Assembly: GCA_046563655.1 (NCBI GenBank)
Contig: CM102286.1
Coordinates: forward strand, 14,074,001 to 14,138,000
Reading direction: 5' to 3'
DNA from: Yuukianura sp. NJ FZ-2021
Taxonomy: Eukaryota
Length of the DNA: 64,000 nucleotides
In this document: one piece after another, positions 25,201 to 37,292 of the stretch
How the letters are laid out: every line of letters begins with the position of its first letter
Position numbering within the stretch: the stretch's first letter is position 1
The notes under the pieces: generated by a model
What the model saw: the letters and a program-made list of their open reading frames with translations, nothing else
Database searches by the model: none
Told to the model about the DNA's origin: nothing
Program-made: the position numbers and the translations under genes

Positions 25201-25825
25201 GTGTTACAAAAATTCTAAAAATGTCAAAGAATAAAATTTTTTTTCTTCAAAAACTTACCAAATTCGGTCCAAATGTCAAAATATTTTCCTTGTTCGGCCA
25301 TCCCGTTCCAGCAACGACCAAGCCACCACCCCTCTTAATAAAGTACTTCAAAGCATCTGCCACCCCTTGCGTCACTAGATGTACGTCGCCAACAATGACT
25401 GCGTCGAATCCATTTAAAGTTTTTCCGTCCTGAAGCGACGTGGCGTCAATTTCGCTAATTTTGAAAACCGTATCCGGTGCCCAGTTTTTCAAAGTTTGGT
25501 GGAATCCAACAATTCCAACCGATAAAGCGTTTGGAGCCTTTCCACTTCCAGCACTCGTCCAAAGAACGCAGTTGCGCAGAAGTTGATTCTGAAGACCCGA
25601 TTTAGGACGCGTATAAGTGTCATGTCCAAATCCAACGACACGCCCTTCACCAAAGTACGCTGCAGCCCCAATCGCTTGACGTGACCCGTCTTGAGCAAAT
25701 TTTCCCGCCAAAATTGGAAATGCCCGGGGGCTAAATACGGTCATAGGCCCAGGGGCTCCATCGAGGTCAACTCCAGCAGGTAAACTCGCAAACAATGTGT
25801 CAAAAGCGGCCTGTTGCAGAGACAT
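22208..25825 (-). CDS. Peptidase M60 / TCAF(FAM115)-like zinc metallopeptidase (exons 25825-25259, 25198-24383, 23850-22208) with a 1-nt frameshift near 22490
   Basis: WYSTGLYAPPGE, FGGLIY, PWGELE, ER..ADVQISAGYMHSGYPIM, WGFYHEIGHNHQ and EVTNN motifs. Two repeated N-terminal modules (RQAIGAAAYFGEGRVVGFGH / RQAVGGATRFGNGRITAFGH). Introns are phase 0. Confidence 0.85.
23901..24327. mobile_element. MITE-like element in intron 2 of the M60 gene
   Basis: TA-flanked imperfect terminal inverted repeats (GGGGTGTATATCCG ... CGGATTTACCCC), with many ATCCG/CGGAT subterminal motifs in opposite orientation at the two ends. A related single end sits at about 26010-26075. Confidence 0.6.
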
Positions 25826-26582
25826 TTTTGTAGAGGTCAAAAGGTCACGGTTTTACAAAACCAAAAGAAAAAACTGTACAATGTTATAAAAGTTGGGAAT
25901 TTTATAAGTCTGCAGCCAGGAAATGGTTAGGTTTATGATTAAGGTTTGATTATGGAATTAATTGATGTTAATTGGTTGGTGGTTCAATTAAAGTCGGTTT
26001 GGTTACCACTAGGGGTCGAAATTCGGATTTTGACTTCGGATTCAAATCCGAATTTTTGACGAATCCGAATAATTCGTACCACCAAGGACGTTTGACCAAT
26101 TGGATTCTCTGCGGTTTTTGCACTCAAAATGTTGTGGCATAAACTAGAATTAACTAACATTGATTAATGAATTTTGGATCATCAGACCACCTTGTTTTTT
26201 TTCTTCAAAAAATGAGCTTGAACATTTATAAATACTTCAGAAAACTTGAATGCTGCATCACAAAGCTATAATTGTCCATCTCCTGAAACGTTTAACTTTG
26301 GTTAAAAGTTGAGCCTTATTTTCCAAACATTTTTTTTTCATGTTCTAAATTTAGTCCGATGTCATGCAGTGTTTTACCCCTTTGGGTACAATATGCTACT
26401 CAATCCTTGAAATCTGTACTTTTGAACCATCGTTTACAAAACTTTCAAAAGATTACCCAAAAAAGTATTTTTCGTTGTTTCAATTCGGTACTTGAGTTAA
26501 ATTGTTTACATTCGAAGTAAGCAGTCACTTTTGTTTCGAGAAAAAAGGAATTGTCAAGATTTGAACAAAGGTGCAGCTTTAA

Positions 26583-26858
26583 ATGAATTTGGTACGTTTT
26601 CTTTTTTAGTCTTCTTTAAAGTATATTTTTTAAAGTAATTTTTGATAGTTTTCACCGGAGGACGTTGTGAAGAAGTGGAGAGTTGAAGATATAGAGAAAC
26701 TAATCGATGGCCTAGTGGAAGCTGGGAATAAAATGTGCCTGCAAGCGGAAGCAGTGTATGACGAAGAAGATGATGCGTTCGGTGAACTACTATACAATGA
26801 CTCTGAGCGACTCAAAATGCAAATTATAGCATTGCTTGTAGCACTGGAAAAAATTTGA
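26583..26858 (+). CDS. Possible divergent member of the small helical orphan family (main exon 26649-26858)
   Basis: A 210-nt phase-0 terminal exon ends IIALLVALEKI*. Its size, phase and end pattern match the other family exons, but similarity is otherwise weak. Confidence 0.4.
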
Positions 26859-27256
26859 ATTGAATTTTGGCTATTCGGATCCGTTAAAAACAAATTTACC
26901 AACTCAAATTGTGAAAAAAAAAAAATCTCTCCCTGTTCCCAATTACTATTCAATTATACTCAATTTTTTCTAAAATTTGTCAAATTTTGAATAAATTTTG
27001 CTATTTTGAGCCCCATTTTTTAGTACACTAATCTACGCGCTAAAACATTTTTAGCATCTCCTCAGTGGCTTGTAGGTTTTACCAATGTTTATAATTATTT
27101 ATTCACAACATAAAACTTAACTTTTCTTGAGTAGTAAAGCATTCAACAACAATATTGGCTTAGAATGGAATTAACATTTAAATCGAATTGAAGCTAAAAT
27201 TAAAAGTAAAACTTAAAAAAAAGCATGCAAAACATTTTCTAACCAGCATTTAAATT

Positions 27257-28849
27257 TTACGAAACAACTTTCACCAAAGTTTCAACTTCACGTTCAGCAA
27301 ATGCCGCTGGAGAAAAAAAGTTGAGTTCTTTCACAGACGTTTTGTTGACTTCAAATGTAAAATTTTGAAGAATCAAAGCCACCGCCATTTTGATTTCATA
27401 AAGAGCAAACATTTTCCCCGGACAAAGGTGTAGACCTGCACCCCAAGTCACAACGTTGTATTGGCCATAAGACTCTCCGCCCCCTTCTGCACTAAGCTCC
27501 GCCTTTTTCAAAAATCGATTTGGATTGTACTCTTCCGGTTTTTGAAAAATTTCGAAAGCAAAGCCACTGAGCATGAGCATTGGAGAGCACATAGCAACGG
27601 CATCTGCGTCTCCAACATGGTAGTCTCCCAGAGTGACATCTTTGTGTTGCGGTTTGCGGCAAAGTGGGAAGATGTGCGGTGCTCTCCGAGCACTTTCCAT
27701 TACACAAGCGTTCATCAGCGCTGAATTCAAAATTGCCCGCGTATCATTTTGCCCCAAATGGTCCTCGCATTCTTCACGCAGTTTGGTCCAGTATTCAGAA
27801 TAACATGCAAGATCTGTCAGAGTATGGGCAAGACCCAGTGAAGAATTTTCAGAACTAACGTAAAGTAGAGTCATGAGGAGAGCTGCCACGCCTTCGTTTG
27901 TTAGGCCTTGACCTGTGACCTCGTCAACATGATCCACAGCAGTTCGGATGATAAGCGAATCACGCTTATTTTGATCTTCCCGGTACTTTTCAATTTCGGG
28001 TTCAAAGTAGTTTAGCATCGTGCGCCGCAATGGGGCTAGCCATGGGTAGGTGATTGTACGCAGAACGCTTTTCGGTAAAAAGTAAGTTCCAATGATCATG
28101 TTGTTAATCAAATCAGAAAATTTTCGTAATGTTACGAAAATTTCATCCGTGAGTTCAAAACCTAAAAAACAGCGAGCGCTCGTGTTGGCAATAAAATTGA
28201 ACATTTCTTTGCGCAAGTCAATTTGGAGTGGAGATTTTTCACAAGCAGTTTTGAGTCGCTCTACCATTCGTTCCGCTTCAGATCGAATTTTTGGAACAAA
28301 TTCATCAAATTTGACGGCAATTGACTTCCGTACTAAACATGTTGTGAGTGTAACAGGATTCGGATTGGGGTAGGCAAAGCCATCGTCAAAGAAAAGATTC
28401 GACAGGATTTCGTTGAGTGACAAAGTTTCTTCAGTGGATTTAAAAAATTCGGGACTCAAATTTCTGTCACAGACGACAACAATTATTTGTCGAAACACTT
28501 TGATTTTAAAAACTTTTCCATATTTGGCGGCACAGGAACTTATGAATCCGAGTGGATCTTTTCCAAATGCAAGTCCATGTCCAACAATTGGCCAACATCC
28601 GGGCACCATTTCCACACGCTTTTTACCATTGACGAGATGGCTACGTCGTTGGCCACTCTTTTTGTGTAAGAAGTGGACTGTCAAAATTGCTCCCAAGACA
28701 CAAGTGAATAGCAACCACCCTACGGCCCACCTTATTTAAAAAGAAAAAAATTATCAAAATTTCAAAAACTAAAAAAAAACGGCATGAATTAGTCTCATTT
28801 TTCAAAGTTTTACAAAAGAAAAGAAAGTTTTAACATTTTCTCACATCAT
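27257..28849 (-). CDS. Cytochrome P450, CYP51-clan-like (micro-exon 28849-28845, exon 28730-27257)
   Basis: N-terminal membrane anchor, WPIVGHGLAFGKDP, KYGKVFKI, ExxR (ESAR), PNRF and heme motif WGAGLHLCPGKMFA. The I-helix is atypical (LYVSSENS). ATGAT|GTGAG...AG|G restores MMWAVGWLLF. Confidence 0.9.
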
Positions 28850-29813
28850 TTGTTAGCGTTGTTTTCTCTGAATTCAGGGTTGATTTTCTTCAGATTCAGT
28901 GAAATTGTGAGTTTTCGACGTTTATTTTTCTTTAAAATTTTTTGTTTATAAAATTTCAAAATGCGACTTGATCTCTCTTGAGGCGTTTGGCGACTGAATT
29001 CAATGCAGCGTAACAGCCAGAACTTAATCGTATTAAATCAGTCACTTTTGAAGCTTATAGGCTGAATCAAGAGGCGGGGCTAAAATTTCGTTTGGAAAAA
29101 GTGGATCTGAAATTGAACTTTCCTTGATCCTTCGCATGTACATAAAAAACCCACGATATTAAAACAAAACACAGCGCAATTTGAGTGCACACGAATAGTA
29201 CATATAGTCAGGGTGAACATAATTGCTACTTTGTCATGTCATGCGCATGGGTGAACTGGTTTAGTATTTGGTTGAATCGAAATCAAAAACAGGGTTTGAA
29301 AGCACCCGGGCATGATTTTCTCCATTTGAAATTAAAATAGAACGAAATTATTTGAGTTTGTTCAAAATTTCAGCGTTCCCCATCCTCCCAACCTCTAAAA
29401 AAAGCAAAGTAGTTACGCAGCCCTGTTTTTCTTGAAAGTTATTTTGCACTTTTGAACTAACCAAACCACAGGTCATCAGCTACTGTTGATGTATACTGAG
29501 CGATTGAGTACATGTGTACTTGGAAGGACAAACGCAAATTATGAACTGTACACATGTATGTGTTTTAGGTGTTAAAGTAGGCGTGAAAAGTGACGCCTAC
29601 GTTGTTTTAAAGTGTTGACAAAACATACAGGCATGTCCTCATTCCAGTTCATTTGCACCAAGTGCTCATGCACTACCCAAGATTTCCTAGTGCATGAGAA
29701 CTTTTATCCAGAACGAGTAAATTTTGAAACGAGGTCAATGAATCCACTTCAAAATTTTCAGGTTGAATGAAACAGCGCATTTTTTTTGTTAGTTCAAAAT
29801 TGTTGATTGTTGT

Positions 29814-30720
29814 TTATTTTGAAAAATAGTTGAGATGATTTGGAAGTTGTTGACTTTGGATCAGTTTCTTGTGGTCATCGGGTGGAGCTGATCCAAAAAA
29901 CCAGCGTTTGTCGTGTCTTGTCAGAACAGGAGCCATGATTGGTTCTGGAATGTCAGGAGATGATGCTGGACCAGCATTGGCCAGCATCTTGTTGTCGTTT
30001 TTAGTAGAACACTTTACAAAAAACTTCCAGAAGTTGCAGTTTCCCGCCAAAAACTGCTTAAGTCTACTTTTTCTCGATTTTTCTGGAATTGGCACAGAAT
30101 TGAAAACTTCTTAAAAGAGTGGAATATTTCATGTACGGAAGCTTTTGCAGTATGCTCTGTCTTTTTGACAGGAAATTTTTGGCGCCATTTTTAAATTTAA
30201 ATTTACCTCTCCTGTTTTCTGCTGGATCCAAAACGTCAGAAAAGTAAGAGGCGTTGCCCATTTGTTGCAAATCGGCTGTCCCACGGTAAGAGCAAACGTT
30301 TTCTGCGGAATTGATTCTCCCGCCGCTTGGTTTTTTGAATTGCACGACAGACATGGATGTAACTGGCGGTTGATTTTCAAAAATTAGCGCCAAATCGACG
30401 TCCAATTCAGACGTAATGTCTACAGGGTCACTGACGTGGCTTGACACAGTGGTCACTTGCTGTTCCACCGATTTGTCACGACGTGGTAGAAGTTTGGGAT
30501 GGACGTAGAAGATCATTTGGCGAGTATTTCTCGGTGTCAGGTCAATGACCTCTTCCTGACAAAGGTCAATCAAAAAGTGACTCTCGGTTTGTGGTGGTGA
30601 AGTTGAGGTCAATGACCTTGCAGTCGAACTATGACATTCCCCCAGGAGTCGATTCAAGTATTGGTGATGGTGATCTTGACTATTGTTGGCATTCGCTTCA
30701 TCGCCCCGAACTACATCCAT
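29814..30720 (-). CDS. Unknown protein, probably multi-exon or decayed
   Basis: A 218-codon ORF starting at a real ATG plus an adjacent GC-richer open segment (29814-30010). Ser/Thr-rich with no recognisable domain; the 3' structure is unresolved. Confidence 0.35.
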
Positions 30721-31471
30721 TACAAAGTTCGATTACCGAATTTCTAGCGCCTCTCTTTGGAATTTAGTATAACTGTTTTTTTTTTGGCATTTGTTCATAA
30801 AATATAACGAAAAATTACATTGAACTCTGCATAAAAAAAACAAACTATGTATGACTTTAGTGTACGCCATGGCAAACTGTTCGTGTTCATGTGCCCATGG
30901 ATTCTTTTACACACGACCATGCTACATTTTGTTACATGCGACCATGACCATGTTACGTGCTACATTTTGCTTGGTTTCAAAAAGTTTCGTCTTTGTATTT
31001 TTTTTTGAAAAAGGATTATTTGAAATTTCATTATACTAATCACGCCTTAGGCGTCGAATTCAAGTTGACCTAAATCCTGTAGAAAAGCTATTTTGAGTAA
31101 GTATGGTTGAAATTTCTGAGCTTTACGAATTCAGTTTAGTTATTTGGTTTTGAACGTTATTCCTATATTTATTTGACTTATAAATATATATAAATTATAT
31201 AAATTATATATAACAAATAGGTGAGATGATATTTTAATTTAATTTAGTTTTGCAGTTCACTGTAACATGAACATTTTAAACGTTTTCCAAATTCAAAACA
31301 GTGAACTCTAGGAAAGTTGTTTTTTTTTTAATTCGACAGAAACGTTGGAAATAAAACTGTCCTTTTTGCTACGTTAATTTTGATGTTTTTTAGTTGGCTA
31401 GAAATATTCTTCGTATTGCAATGTAATTATATGTAATATACATTTTAATAATAATATCTAATAACTTAAAT

Positions 31472-31920
31472 AATTTCGGGTTCAAAGTTAGTTAAGCATC
31501 GTGCGCCGCAAAGGGGCTTGCCAAGGGTAGGTGATTGTGGTTTTCATCCGGTTCATTTCATCCGGATGAGTTCAAAACCTAAGAAACAGCGAGCGCTTGG
31601 CATTAAAAGTGAGCATTTCTTTGCGCAAGTCAATTTGGAGTGGAGATTTTTCACAAGCCGTTTTGAGTCGCTCTACCATTCGTTTCGCTGCAGATCGATT
31701 TTTGGAACAAATTCATCAAATTTGACGGCAATTGACTGGCGTACTAAGACGGTTGTGAGTGTAACGGGATTTGGATTGGGGTAGGCAAATCCATCGTCAA
31801 AGAAAAGATTCGACAGGATTTCGTTGAGTGACAAAGTTTCGTCGGTGGATTTAAAAAATTCTGGACTCAAATTAGTCACATACGACCACAATTACTTGTC
31901 GAAATACTTTGATTTTAAAC
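31472..31920 (-). pseudogene. 5'-half fragment of the cytochrome P450 (copy of about 27992-28510), frameshifted
   Basis: NLSPEFFKSTDETLSLNEILSNLFFDDGFAYPNPNPVTLTT is nearly identical to the intact gene. There are several indels and an internal deletion of roughly 80 bp. Confidence 0.9.
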
Positions 31921-33574
31921 AATTTGATTTGACTTTGATTTCTATATTTGGACTACGACTTTTCTCGGCAAGTCAGAGGTCACCGGGTCTTTCGGCACTT
32001 TTCACTACTTTCGTAAACCCGGGTTCTAACGGGTTTATTAAGAGTGAGTTGAAACCGCAAGAGCTTTTAGATTTTCAAAAGCAAAAATGACATTTTCAAT
32101 TAACATAAATCCTCTTTGCACAATTTGAAACAGACTTCCACATTGCCAAATACGCCACAATTTTTTCGATTTTCAACTACACCGACGTGCTATGGTTCTA
32201 GGTTTTGAAAACTCAGCCAGAACTGTCCCAGAAGAGTCCTTTTTAGGGTAAGTAAGTATTCCCAAAATTTTGGGTATGTAGAAAAGAGGGTTGAAAAATG
32301 TGGGAAAATGAGGGAACTCATACTTTCTAAAGTCCAAAATAGACTTCGTTTGTCTGTAAACGTGAAATCTAACGTTTCTAAAGCTAAGTTTTAAATTCAA
32401 TAGACAATATTTATCATTAGTTTATTTTTTTCTACTTCAAGAAGACTTCAGTTATTTAGCAGAGAAATGAAGGTAAAATTGTATTTTTAGCACGTGCGAC
32501 TCGGATTGTTTGATTTTTTTCCATGATACCTTATGTACGCTTGACCATGAAAAAATATTTTTTTATTGCTACGATCTCAAAAACTAAATTAAAAAAAAAT
32601 GTTTAAACTTTTTTTCTGTGCTCCATTTGGATGAAAATCTAAATTACTTAGATCTGCAATCAGATTTGGCGGTTTTTGTCAAACAACCACAACAAAAAAA
32701 CAAACGAAAATCCGCGTCACATGATGAAAGTAAAATTTTTCCAGTAAATTAAGTGAGCCGCTCGAGAACTGAATAACTTATTTAGTTTTCAAAATTCCCT
32801 CAAAATTTTATTTAGAAAAATGCCTTAACGCTTGCGAGTACCCTGAAAACGGGTAGTTTCTGCTAACCTAAAATATTTGATCTTGTGTTTTTATAGATAG
32901 AATTTCAATATTTTAGTTCTATGAAAAAAATGTCAATTTGGTTCAGGGGGTGGCAAAAATGCCTTAGCGACCAAAACCGATTCTCGAGTTGTTTACAATT
33001 TCACTCGCAATTACGTCACTCCGAGTTAAAATACAGGTTCATCCAAGTTTTTAAGCTATTTTTATGTTTGCGGCGAAAGTTTTGAGACTAAAAATCATGA
33101 AAATGTTGAACAGCACTGTAAATGAGTGAACTCGAAGTCAAAGAAATCCCATAGCAACTCAGTTTTGAAAAAACAATTTTAAGCGACCGTACCTATAAGT
33201 ATCCTATTTACCATGAATTTGGTTCAACTTTTTTTCGTACTGAATACTGAATTTTCAGTTTTCAAATTAAATACTTGTAACGTTAATTTTATCCTAATCG
33301 AGCACACTTTAATCGTTTCCTTAGCAACCGGTGGGTGGACTAGAACAACGAAACTTAGAACGAACGAGACTTGTCGAGGCTGGAAGAAGAATGGATGAAA
33401 TCATGATCAAGTTATATGGAGAAGTGTCTCGACTCCTGGTCACTTGAAATTTCCGAAAATTTTGTGCCAAAAAACTGTTGATCCGTTTTTTTTTCCTGGA
33501 AGATCCTGCAACATTTAAAAGAAGATTAGAACCAAATTAACCTTTAAACTCATCCTAAGAATTTCAGCCAATTT

Positions 33575-33700
33575 GACATTTTGATTTTTTCACTTTTTGA
33601 CCTTTTCAATTTGTGATCTTTTTATAGTTGGACCATTTCACTTTTGACGTTTTCATGTTTGCTCTTTTCACTCTTGACAAAATTTTTTTGACCAAATTAC
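33575..33700. repeat. Degenerate ~15-bp minisatellite (TTTGACnTTTTCAnT-like)
   Basis: About eight imperfect TTGAC/TTTTCA units in tandem. Confidence 0.5.
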
Positions 33701-34799
33701 CTGCTACGGCTAAAGTTGACCCCGGAATTCGGTTAAATCGGTGTAACTCCGCCAAAATCAATATATTTCCGCAGAAAAACGGATCAAAAATTTGACACCA
33801 AATTTTCGGAAACTTGACACTGTGTCACGAAGACTTTTGCTGCAGACAAAACGCGAGCTCAAGAGATCCATCGAGAGAAAATTGATGCATTAAGGAATGC
33901 ATTCGACGATGGTTATATGCTCCACGACTTATTAATAGCTTTGGATGGATTAATTTATTCTTAGCATTTCTTTATTAGTTTACTGTTCAAAACTAACGTT
34001 GGTTGCTAACGGTGCTGATTGCAGGGGGCTGGTTATTTAATCAGTTTAAATACATAAATTTTCAAATTTTCAAATTTTGGAACAATAGAGAGTAATTGCA
34101 AACTCAAATATAGAGCGAAATATAGAATATAAATATAGATTCTATATTCATATTCTATATTTTGAAATATGGAACACCTACACTTATTGCACTCTTGTGA
34201 ACATAAATATGGGAATAAGTGTTTACTAAGAGATGGAGGGAATTTTAAATCTGGATCCCGAGTAAGTCTACATTCGGATATGTTTCAATTAAAGTTGCTG
34301 GTGTGAAGTAGGCACTCAAGTTATAATCGTTTTAAAAATGCCTAATTCAAAACTACTGAAAGCCTTTCTCCCCGATTTAATTACTTTTGAAGATCTGATC
34401 CTTTATTCCCTTATTTAGTTGGAGAGAAAAGTGTAGCTTTTCGAATTGAGAAACGTGATGGATTTGGAAAAAAGTTGTATATTTATTTTTCAAATAAAAA
34501 TTTGTATTTATAAAATTCAAAAATTTTAAACAATTCTGATTCACCCTAACACCTTCCACACAATCTTCATACTAAAATTTAAATTTTAACTAAAAAAAAT
34601 TAATATTTTTGGAAAAAGAAAAAATATACCATAAATGATATATTTTTGTGAATTTGATTCCCTCTTATGTTTTGGAACTTTTTTTTTAGAACATAGCGAT
34701 GCGTTTCAAATAGAATTACCGAATCAGTTGATACCGCAAATTTGCGGTATGGAACTAAAACGGAAATAAAATGATGTTAATTTACGAGCAATAAGTTAG

Positions 34800-37190
34800 A
34801 AACAACCTTGTTTAACTCGAAATTTTGTTTCAATGAACTAAAACAATTTTCAAAAAATCTGAGCAATTAAAAATATAGTTAAAGAGAAAATAATTGATCC
34901 AAATCTTTTCCTGGTGGAAGGGTTCCCAGGATTGAGGCGGAGTTCCCTCTCTGAATTGCAATGCTAATATTTTGAAGCAGAAAAGTAGTGGCTCTGTGTT
35001 CTCCAGTGGGTTCTGCAATTCGTTGACCAATTGACTTGATGAGTTGTAGACCCTCAGCTCCAAAGACGCCCGTAGTTTCTACTGCAACGATTGAAACGAT
35101 GAATTGATGATGAAGGTCGTCGTAGAGTCTGTGTTTCTGAGTTTCAGCCAAGGAGGCAGGGTAACCACTGGTACAAGAAGAGTTGGTAATGTAGGAGTTC
35201 GCAAACGTGTCTCGACATGTTACATCCCAAACCAAACATCGTCCAGTTTTCCATGGGATCAAAGTGATTCCGTCTGGTCGTTTCCCATCGGAGCGAGAAC
35301 ATCCTGGTGGTTCCTTCAAGCAGGGAATACCGGCTGAATGGAGAGCTCGAACAATAAGGTCATTGATTGAATCATGTCTCGAGTGTCTTCCTGCGCTTTT
35401 GATACAACTCAGTCCGTGAAGACCGTTACCATCGACAGGGGCGCCACAGCGACATCGGTGAGGTAAACAAATTTCGCAACCAAGCCGTAGAGAACAGGAA
35501 ATCCTAAAACAATCGTTAGACAAAAGTGTACCAAGTTGAGAAGACGGCAACACCTTCAGCCAATCACCGGAGTGAGGGGCAACAGCAGCAATTAGTCGTG
35601 CTTTGTCAGTCAAAGTAGTGGAATTCTCGAGTAATGTCTTGTAAGTTTCGGTTGACACCAATTTCTCCCAATCTTTTTGTATCTTGCAATTAACTGGAAA
35701 CTGGAAGCCATTATTGGACCATTGCAAAGTTGCTGAATCAGTAGATGCATCGAATGGAGAGAGGTGAAGTGGCAGGAATGTGTTGATCAGGTCAGCACAA
35801 CTGTAGATTGAAGCCAAAAACGAGAAAGTAGCACAATCTGTAGCATGCCGGATTCCAAGGCCACCTTCGTCCACAGGTAGGGAAGTTTGAGTCCATGCAG
35901 AGTCTGTTAAGTTGATGTTCAGAATTTTTTCGATGACTTCCCGAAGAGCTGCATCATAAGCTTTCAACAGATCTTCTTCCAGAAAAGATGGTGCGCAGCG
36001 CAGGAAATATGACAGTCTTGGAGTCGATATTGAGGCTCTTAGTAAGAAGAATGCCACGTGAGAGGGTAGGGCTAAGAGCTTAGACGAAAGTTTTTCAAAA
36101 TCATCTGTCTTGACTTTCAAAATACGTCGACCAGACGCCTTGTATAGTGGGGCCCCAAGAAGTTCAGCATCTGATTCATCACATATGTGGATTTCTGGAG
36201 CGAAGGAAAGAAAAGAGTCCGCAATGACTTGAGATTCCGTTGGATCAGCGCCTAAGATGATGATCTCGCACTTTTCCATGTTGATCTGAAGTCCAAAAGA
36301 AGCTGCATTGTTGACGAGCTGCTTGAGATGATTGAGGATTACTTCAGGAGTATCTGCAATGGTTCCATCATCAAGATACCAAACATTGAGTTCTGAGTTG
36401 ATTGAAGTGGCAAGAGGGTGAATTGTGAGAGCAAAGAGGGCTGGACCAAGTGCATCACCCTGTTGAACACCGAGACTTGACTTGATTATGGATGATCCGT
36501 AGAATAAATTGGACTCTGCAGAATAGGCTTGATAGATGTAGTTGTAGAACTCTGGAAGGACCAGCTTTGCAGAATGTAGCATGTGATCTCTTCTGATGAG
36601 ATTGAAAGCATTCTTGAAGTCAATTTTCAGCATGACCTTGCTGGCTGAGTGTAAGGAATTGACATAGATTCTTGCGGCGTGGGCTGTAGCTTCTGCTCCA
36701 TTTTTGACTCCAACACCGTTTTGTACTGGGCTCAAGTATGGAACAATGTTTTTCATGGATCTTGATAGTACAAGCTTTGATGTCAGACGTCGCCAAGTTA
36801 ACCCAATTGCGATAGGACGAATTCTCCCATTCTTTTTCTGAAGAGCAATCAATGAGGCGCCGTAGAAAATTGGACGGACGAGATCGGGAATGGCGTTGTT
36901 GATGATAAGATTTGAGAGATTTGTAATGGAAGAAAGCAGTTTCTGACCAGAATCTCCAGTGACCTTTGAAGTAAGTTCTTTCAAAACTTGGGGACGTAGG
37001 CAGTCGAGACCACCAGCTGAACCATTCGGAAAGGAAGAGATTGATTTCAGTACTTCATGTTCGTCGAAAATAACTTCAATTGGTTGGGGAGGATCTGGAA
37101 GACTGATTGGAGTTGGATGAGGAGGATGAAGTTTGTGAAGGGCGTCTAATGTCGATGAATCTTGATAGGCAATTGAATCGTCTGAGATGT
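34800..37190 (-). mobile_element. 5'-truncated non-LTR retrotransposon, CRE-like (RT + CCHC + restriction-like endonuclease); ORF 37185-34879
   Basis: Intronless ORF with RPIAIG, KIDFKNAFN, GVQQGDALGP and WYLDDG (RT), C.C...HGLSC...RH (zinc knuckle) and KRPDG...LVWDVT (PD-(D/E)xK endonuclease). The frame stays open upstream of the TTG call (SAGGLDCLRPQ) but has no ATG before a stop at about 37203. Confidence 0.9.
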
Positions 37191-37292
37191 TAATTTCATT
37201 TTACCTAAACAAATATACCACAAATGGTATATTTTTCATATATACCACAAGTGGTATATTTCTTTGAAGATTTAGTAAAAAAATTTAAAAAA

